64,000 bases of DNA, from assembly GCA_048205975.1 (NCBI GenBank), contig DBEWTI010000128.1, positions 8,115 to 72,114 of the forward strand. Reading direction: 5' to 3'. The notes beneath the pieces were generated by a model. The model made no database searches and was not told where the DNA came from. It saw nothing but the letters and a program-made list of their open reading frames with translations. Positions 58,790 to 64,000 of this stretch are shown here, piece after piece. Both the position numbers and the translations under genes were made by a program. Every line of letters starts with the position of its first letter. The stretch's first letter is position 1. The stretch is from Collinsella sp. (GTDB lineage Bacteria > Actinomycetota > Coriobacteriia > Coriobacteriales > Coriobacteriaceae).

Positions 58790-60511
58790 ATGACTCGAGC
58801 AATGTATATGTCTAAGCTCTATGCGCCGACGCTTAAAGAGGATCCGGCGGACGCTGAGCTCGCCAGCCACCGCCTGCTGCTCCGTGCCGGCATGATCCGC
58901 AAAGAGGCCGCCGGTCTGTATTCCTACCTGCCGCTTGCTTGGCGCTCGATCCGCAAGATCGAGAATATCGTGCGCGACGAGATGGACGCTGCCGGCGCCC
59001 AGGAGCTTATGATGCCCATCATGGTCGATGCCGAGTTGTGGCGTGAGTCCGGCCGCATCGACGCCTATGGCAAGGAGCTTGTGCGCTTTGACGACCGTCA
59101 TGGCCGTGAGTTTGTCCTGGGTCCCACGCACGAGGAGACCGTCACGGCCCTGGTGCGCAACGAGCTGCGCTCTTACAAGCAACTGCCCGTCAACCTGTAC
59201 CACATTCAGGACAAGTTCCGCGACGAGTTCCGTCCTCGCTTTGGCCTGATGCGCGGTCGCGAGTTCATCATGAAGGATGCCTACAGCTTCTCCGCCACGC
59301 AGGAGAGCCTGCAGGAGGAGTACGACAAGATGAAGCAGGCCTACGCCAACATCTGCGAGCGCTGCTATATCAAGGCTCTGCCCGTTGTCGCCGACTCCGG
59401 TGAGATCGGCGGCGACACCTCCGTCGAGTACATGGCGCTGGCCGATGCCGGCGAGGCATCGCTGGTGTACTGCGACGATTGCGGCTTTGCTGCCGACGAT
59501 GAGGCCGCAAGCACCAAGGTCGTCGTTACTGAGGGCCCTGGCGACGGTACGCTCACCAAGGTCGAGACTCCGGGCATGGGTACCATCGAGGCCGTTGCCA
59601 AGTTCTTCGGCTTCCCCGAGAACGGCACGCGCAAGTCGCTGGCGCTCATCGACGCCGAGGGCAAGCCCGTTGTGGCAATCGTTCCGGGCGATCACGAGCT
59701 CAACGACTGCAAGGCCGAGCACGTCTTTGGCAAGGGGTATCGCATGATGACCGATGAGGAGCTCCAGACCTACGGTCTGCACAAGGGCTTTATCGGACCG
59801 GTCAACCTGCCCGAGGGTATCCGTCTGGTCTGCGACGAGAGCTTGCGCGAGTCCAAGCAGTGGGCCTGCGGTGCCAACGAGGCCGATTATCACTTTACCG
59901 GCGCCTGCCCCGAGCGCGACTTTACCGTCGACGAGTGGGCCGACCTGGTTACCGTCGTCGCAGGCGACCCCTGTCCGCACTGCGGCAAGCCGCTTTCTGC
60001 TGCTCGCGGCATCGAGGTTTCGCAGGTCTTCCAGCTGGGCACCAAGTACTCCGAGGCCATGGGTGCAACCTTTATGGACGAGGACGGCAAGGAGAAGCCG
60101 CTCATCATGGGTTGCTACGGCGTGGGCGTGTCCCGTTCGCTCGCTGCCGTCGTTGAGCAGCATAACGACGAGCACGGTATCGTCTGGCCGGTTTCCGTCG
60201 CTCCCTACGAGGTCGCGGTGATTCCGCTCGACCCCAAGAAGGAGGAGTGCGCTACCGTCTGCGACCAGATCGTCGAGGGCCTGTGCGCCGAGGGTATTGA
60301 GGTCGTCGTCGACGACCGCGACGAGCGTCCCGGCTTTAAGTTTGCCGATAACGACCTCATGGGCTTCCCGTATCAGGTCGTTCTGGGTAAGCGTGGCCTT
60401 AAGAACGGTACCGTCGAGCTTAAGGACCGTGCCACGGGCGAGCGCGAGGATGTGGCGATCGATGAGGTCGTCGCCAAGGTCGCCGAGCTCGTAAAGGCGG
60501 CCCGTCGTTAA
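58790..60511 (+). CDS. proS: Proline-tRNA ligase (bacterial type with editing insertion)
   Basis: LGPTHEE, KFRDE.RPRFGLMRGREF, QLGTKYS, MGCYGVGVSR. Confidence 0.98.
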   Translation: MTRAMYMSKLYAPTLKEDPADAELASHRLLLRAGMIRKEAAGLYSYLPLAWRSIRKIENIVRDEMDAAGAQELMMPIMVDAELWRESGRIDAYGKELVRFDDRHGREFVLGPTHEETVTALVRNELRSYKQLPVNLYHIQDKFRDEFRPRFGLMRGREFIMKDAYSFSATQESLQEEYDKMKQAYANICERCYIKALPVVADSGEIGGDTSVEYMALADAGEASLVYCDDCGFAADDEAASTKVVVTEGPGDGTLTKVETPGMGTIEAVAKFFGFPENGTRKSLALIDAEGKPVVAIVPGDHELNDCKAEHVFGKGYRMMTDEELQTYGLHKGFIGPVNLPEGIRLVCDESLRESKQWACGANEADYHFTGACPERDFTVDEWADLVTVVAGDPCPHCGKPLSAARGIEVSQVFQLGTKYSEAMGATFMDEDGKEKPLIMGCYGVGVSRSLAAVVEQHNDEHGIVWPVSVAPYEVAVIPLDPKKEECATVCDQIVEGLCAEGIEVVVDDRDERPGFKFADNDLMGFPYQVVLGKRGLKNGTVELKDRATGEREDVAIDEVVAKVAELVKAARR

Positions 60512-60540
60512 TCGACGGCATCGCCGATAGCTGTACTACG

Positions 60541-60589
60541 GGACGGTCCTGCATTTCTCCAGATCGGGGAGATGCGGGACCGTTCTTTT
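60541..60589 (+). terminator. Intrinsic terminator after proS
   Basis: GGACGGTCCTGCATTTCTCC / GGGGAGATGCGGGACCGTTC plus TTTT. Confidence 0.75.
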
Positions 60590-60613
60590 GCTCATCAATA
60601 TATTCGAATCCTA

Positions 60614-60657
60614 AAAGGAAAACCCCACAGCCCAAACGAGCTGCGGGGTTTTCCTTT
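60614..60657. terminator. Bidirectional terminator ending the adhE-kinase unit
   Basis: AAAGGAAAACCCCACAGC / GCTGCGGGGTTTTCCTTT. Confidence 0.75.
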
Positions 60658-60688
60658 GTGCCTCCGATGCGAATAAATCGCTCAGATA

Positions 60689-61453
60689 TTACTGATAATC
60701 GACGACGTCGATCCAGTTCTTAAGGAACTCATCGTTCACGTTGCGCTTGCGAGCGAGCTCGGAAGCGGCGACGATGCTCGTCCACTGACGCACGACCTGC
60801 ATGGGCATGTCGGCGCGGTCGCAGTAGAGCTCCAGGTAGGCCTCGGCCTGGTCCTTGCTGTTGAGGGCAAAGAGCAGGTAGGTGGTTGCAACGTCGGCGG
60901 CAGGGGAGCCCTGGGTGGCGTGTGCCCAGTCGCACACGTAGAGCTGGCCGTCGTCGCCAACGATGACGTTGGAGGGGTTGAAGTCGCCGTGGCAGACCTT
61001 GAACTCCTTGGTCATGCCGTCCAGGCGCTCCTGAAGGTTGTAGCGCGTGGTGGCATTGAGCTGATCCAGGCTGTCGATCATGCGGGCGAACTTGTCGCGC
61101 TGACGGTTGAGCAGCGGGGAGGTGTAGCCGTGGATCTCGATCTGGAGGTCGACGAACATCTCGAGGTACTCACCGAAGCGCTGGGGCTCGGCAGTCATCT
61201 TCTCGGCAAGGGTGGTGCCCGGGACCTTCTCGGTCACAAGCGCCCAGCCGTTGGCGTTCTCGAGCTGGGAAACCTCGAGAGCCTTGGGGCTGCGGATGCC
61301 GCACTCATTGATGCGGGCAAGATTCAAAGCCTCGTTGAACACGTCGGAGACAGGCTTGGTCTCGTTGAAGACCTTGACGATCTTGTCGCCCAGGTCGTAA
61401 ACGACCTTGTTGCCACGGCGGACGAGCTCGGTCTTGGAATCGGGTAGCAGCAT
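60689..61453 (-). CDS. APH/choline-kinase-like phosphotransferase of unknown substrate
   Basis: IVKVF lysine, Brenner motif CHGDFNPSNV, CDW metal-binding motif. Confidence 0.85.
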   Translation of the reverse strand: MLLPDSKTELVRRGNKVVYDLGDKIVKVFNETKPVSDVFNEALNLARINECGIRSPKALEVSQLENANGWALVTEKVPGTTLAEKMTAEPQRFGEYLEMFVDLQIEIHGYTSPLLNRQRDKFARMIDSLDQLNATTRYNLQERLDGMTKEFKVCHGDFNPSNVIVGDDGQLYVCDWAHATQGSPAADVATTYLLFALNSKDQAEAYLELYCDRADMPMQVVRQWTSIVAASELARKRNVNDEFLKNWIDVVDYQ

Positions 61454-61541
61454 GGTTGCATCCTTTCAACGATGCGATAGAAGCGACGGCGGGGGTGTGT
61501 GAAACACCCGTGCACCCCCGCCGTTAAAAACCGTGCTAAAA

Positions 61542-64000
61542 CTAGCAGACGGCGTAGTCCTGGGGCTCGCGGCCGTAGTAGGCGTCCAGGTAGAGCTCCT
61601 TGATCTCGCTCATGAGCGGGTAGCGCGGGTTAGCGCCGGTGCACTGGTCGTTGAATGCCTGCTCGGTCATCTCGTCGAGCGTGTCGAGGAAGTACTGCTC
61701 GTCGACACCGTAGTCGGCGATGGTCTTCTTGACGCCGATGAAGTCCTTGAGCTCCTCGAGCTTCGTGATGAAGTTCTCGAAGGTCTCCTTGTCGTCCTTG
61801 CCCTCGATGCCGCAGTACTTGGCCATCTCGGCGTAGTTGTGCAGCGCGTTGGGGTAAGGATACTGGGAGAAGGTGCCCATCTTGACGGGGGCCTCGGCGG
61901 CGTTGTAGCGCATGACGCGGGTCAGGATGACAGCGTTGGCGATGCCGTGGGGCAGGTGATGGAAAGCGCCGAGCTTGTGAGCCATGGAGTGGTTGAGGCC
62001 CAGGAAGGCGTTGGCGAAGGCCATACCGGCCATGCAGGAGGCGTTGTGCATCTCCTCGCGGGCGTGCGGGTCCTTGGCGCCGTTCTCGAAGCTGGAGGGC
62101 AGGTTCTCAAAGACGAGCTTGGCAGCACGCTCGGAGAGGCCCTTGGTGTAGTCGGAAGCCATGATGGAGACGTAGGACTCGATGGCGTGGGTCATGACGT
62201 CGATGCCGGAGGCAGCGGTCAGGCCGCGCGGGGCGGTCATGCAGTTGTCGGCGTCGACGATAGCCATGTTGGGGAGCAGCGCGTAGTCGGCGAGCGGCCA
62301 CTTGATGCCGGTCTCCTTGTCGGTGATGATGGCGAACGGCGTGCACTCGGAGCCGGTACCCGAGGAGGTCGGGACGGCGACGAAGTAGGCCTTCTTGCCC
62401 ATCTCGGGGAAGGTGAAGATACGCTTGCGGATGTCCATGAAGTCCATGGCCATGTCCTCAAACTTGCACTCGGGGTGCTCGTACATCATCCACATGATCT
62501 TGCCGGCGTCCATAGCGGAGCCACCGCCGACGGCGATGATGACGTCCGGCTCAAAGAGAGCCATCTGCTTGGCGCCGCGGCGCGCGCACTGAAGCGACGG
62601 ATCGGGCTCGACGTCGTAGAAGCAGTCGTGGGCGATGCCCATCTCGTCGAGCTTGGCCTCGATGGCGCGGGTGTTGCCATTCTTGAAGAGGAACTGGTCG
62701 GTGACGATGAAGGCGCGCTTCTTGCCCATGACGGTGCCGAGCTCGTCGAGAGCGACGGGCGTGGAACCCTTCTTGAAGTAAACCTTCTCGGGAGCGCGGA
62801 ACCACAGCATGTTCTCACGGCGCTCGGCCACAGTCTTAACGTTGATCAAGTGCTTCACCCCAACGTTCTCGGAGACGGAGTTGCCGCCCCAGGAGCCGCA
62901 GCCCAGGGTCAGAGACGGCTTCATGCCAAAGTTGTACAGGTCACCGATGCCGCCGTGCGAGGACGGGGTGTTGATGACGATACGGCAGGCCTTCATGACG
63001 TGCTCGAACAGGCTGATCTTCTCGGCCTGGGCGGGGTGCACGTAGAGAGAGGCGGTGTGGCCCGGGCCACCGGCGAGCACCAGGTGCTCGGCCTTGTCGA
63101 CGGCCTCCTGGAAGTCCTTGGCGTGGTACATGGCCAGGACCGGGGAGAGCTTCTCGTGGGAGAACTCCTCCTTGGCGGGGTCGGTGGAGGTGACCTCGGC
63201 GATCAGGATCTTGGTCTTGGCAGGAACCTCGATACCGGCGAGCTCGGCGATCTTGGCGGCAGCCATGCCGGGGATGCGGTGGTCGAGAGCGCCGTTCTTG
63301 AACATGGCGCCACGCAGGGCCTCCATCTCGGCACCCTGCTTGACGAAGTAGCAGCCGCGCTTCTGGAACTCGGCCTTAACCTGGTCATAGATGGTGTCGA
63401 TGACGGTCACGGACTGCTCGGAAGCGCAGATCATGCCATTGTCGAAGGTCTTGGAGTGGATGATGGAGTTGACGGCGAGCAGCACGTCGGCAGTGTCGTC
63501 GATGATGACCGGGGTGTTACCGGCGCCAACGCCCAGGGCAGGCTTGCCCGAGGAGTAGGCGGCCTTGACCATGCCCGGGCCACCGGTGGCGAGGATGATG
63601 TCGACGTCGCGCATGACCATGTTGGTCAGCTCGATGGAGGGGACATCGACCCAGCCGATGATGCCCTCGGGGGCGCCGGCCTTGACGGCGGCGTCAAGCA
63701 CGAGCTTGGCGGCGGCGATGGTGCACTTGGCGGCTGCCGGGTGCGGGGAGATGATGATGCCGTTGCGGGTCTTCAGGCTGATCAGCGTCTTGAAGATTGC
63801 GGTGGAGGTGGGGTTGGTCGTCGGGATGACGGCGCCCACGATACCGATGGGCTCGGCGATCTTGGTGATGCCGTAGGCCTCGTCGTGCTCCAGGACACCA
63901 CAGGTCTTGGTGTTCTTGTAAGCGTTGTAGATGTACTCTGCGGCGTAGTGGTTCTTGATGACCTTGTCCTCAAGAACGCCGCGGCCGGTCTCCTCGATGG
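61542..64000 (-). CDS. adhE: Bifunctional acetaldehyde-CoA/alcohol dehydrogenase, 5' end outside the window
   Basis: PTTNPTST, ATGGPG, ICASEQ, LTLGCGSWGGNS, GGGSAMD, HSMAH...HG. Frame stays open to 64000 (IEETGRGVLEDKVIKNH). Confidence 0.97.
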   Translation of the reverse strand, partial: IEETGRGVLEDKVIKNHYAAEYIYNAYKNTKTCGVLEHDEAYGITKIAEPIGIVGAVIPTTNPTSTAIFKTLISLKTRNGIIISPHPAAAKCTIAAAKLVLDAAVKAGAPEGIIGWVDVPSIELTNMVMRDVDIILATGGPGMVKAAYSSGKPALGVGAGNTPVIIDDTADVLLAVNSIIHSKTFDNGMICASEQSVTVIDTIYDQVKAEFQKRGCYFVKQGAEMEALRGAMFKNGALDHRIPGMAAAKIAELAGIEVPAKTKILIAEVTSTDPAKEEFSHEKLSPVLAMYHAKDFQEAVDKAEHLVLAGGPGHTASLYVHPAQAEKISLFEHVMKACRIVINTPSSHGGIGDLYNFGMKPSLTLGCGSWGGNSVSENVGVKHLINVKTVAERRENMLWFRAPEKVYFKKGSTPVALDELGTVMGKKRAFIVTDQFLFKNGNTRAIEAKLDEMGIAHDCFYDVEPDPSLQCARRGAKQMALFEPDVIIAVGGGSAMDAGKIMWMMYEHPECKFEDMAMDFMDIRKRIFTFPEMGKKAYFVAVPTSSGTGSECTPFAIITDKETGIKWPLADYALLPNMAIVDADNCMTAPRGLTAASGIDVMTHAIESYVSIMASDYTKGLSERAAKLVFENLPSSFENGAKDPHAREEMHNASCMAGMAFANAFLGLNHSMAHKLGAFHHLPHGIANAVILTRVMRYNAAEAPVKMGTFSQYPYPNALHNYAEMAKYCGIEGKDDKETFENFITKLEELKDFIGVKKTIADYGVDEQYFLDTLDEMTEQAFNDQCTGANPRYPLMSEIKELYLDAYYGREPQDYAVC

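Noticed and set aside
60689..61453. Aminoglycoside resistance gene
   Set aside because: Only the generic kinase-fold motifs are visible, codon usage is host-like, and the context is metabolic with no mobile element.

Overview
High-GC bacterial chromosome segment, almost entirely core genome. Gene content (MreBCD-MrdA-RodA, alpha2beta2 GlyRS, TrmFO, PPDK, AdhE) and protein style suggest Coriobacteriia, probably Collinsella-like (inference, not a database result). In order: edge of a surface-polysaccharide locus (GT2, wzm/wzt), tRNA-Arg(UCU), an acyltransferase, a complete reverse-strand aromatic amino acid operon (aroF-tyrA-aroB-aroA-aroC-pheA-aroE/K-aroQ), tRNA-Arg(CCG), a P-type ATPase, zinc-ribbon, cyclophilin and TPR genes, the elongasome operon, a radical SAM pair, rplU-rpmA-obgE-nadD-yqeK-rsfS, dinB, rpsP-khpA-rimM-trmD-lepB, glyQS-PDRP-ppdK, rplS-rnhB, yraN-comM-dprA-trmFO-xerC, rpsB-tsf-pyrH-frr-uppS-cdsA-dxr-rseP-ispG-proS, an APH-like kinase and the 3' part of adhE. 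I found no prophage, IS, CRISPR array or defence system. The best second-look items are: a REP/REPIN-like intergenic repeat family with a nested four-copy palindrome; an RseP with a winged-helix-like cytoplasmic insertion; a probable ATA start codon for xerC; a P-type ATPase with PQGL in place of PEGL; a uORF plus terminator leader on the aro operon; a leaderless dinB with an intragenic SOS-like box; and uncharacterised genes coupled to the elongasome and to adhE.
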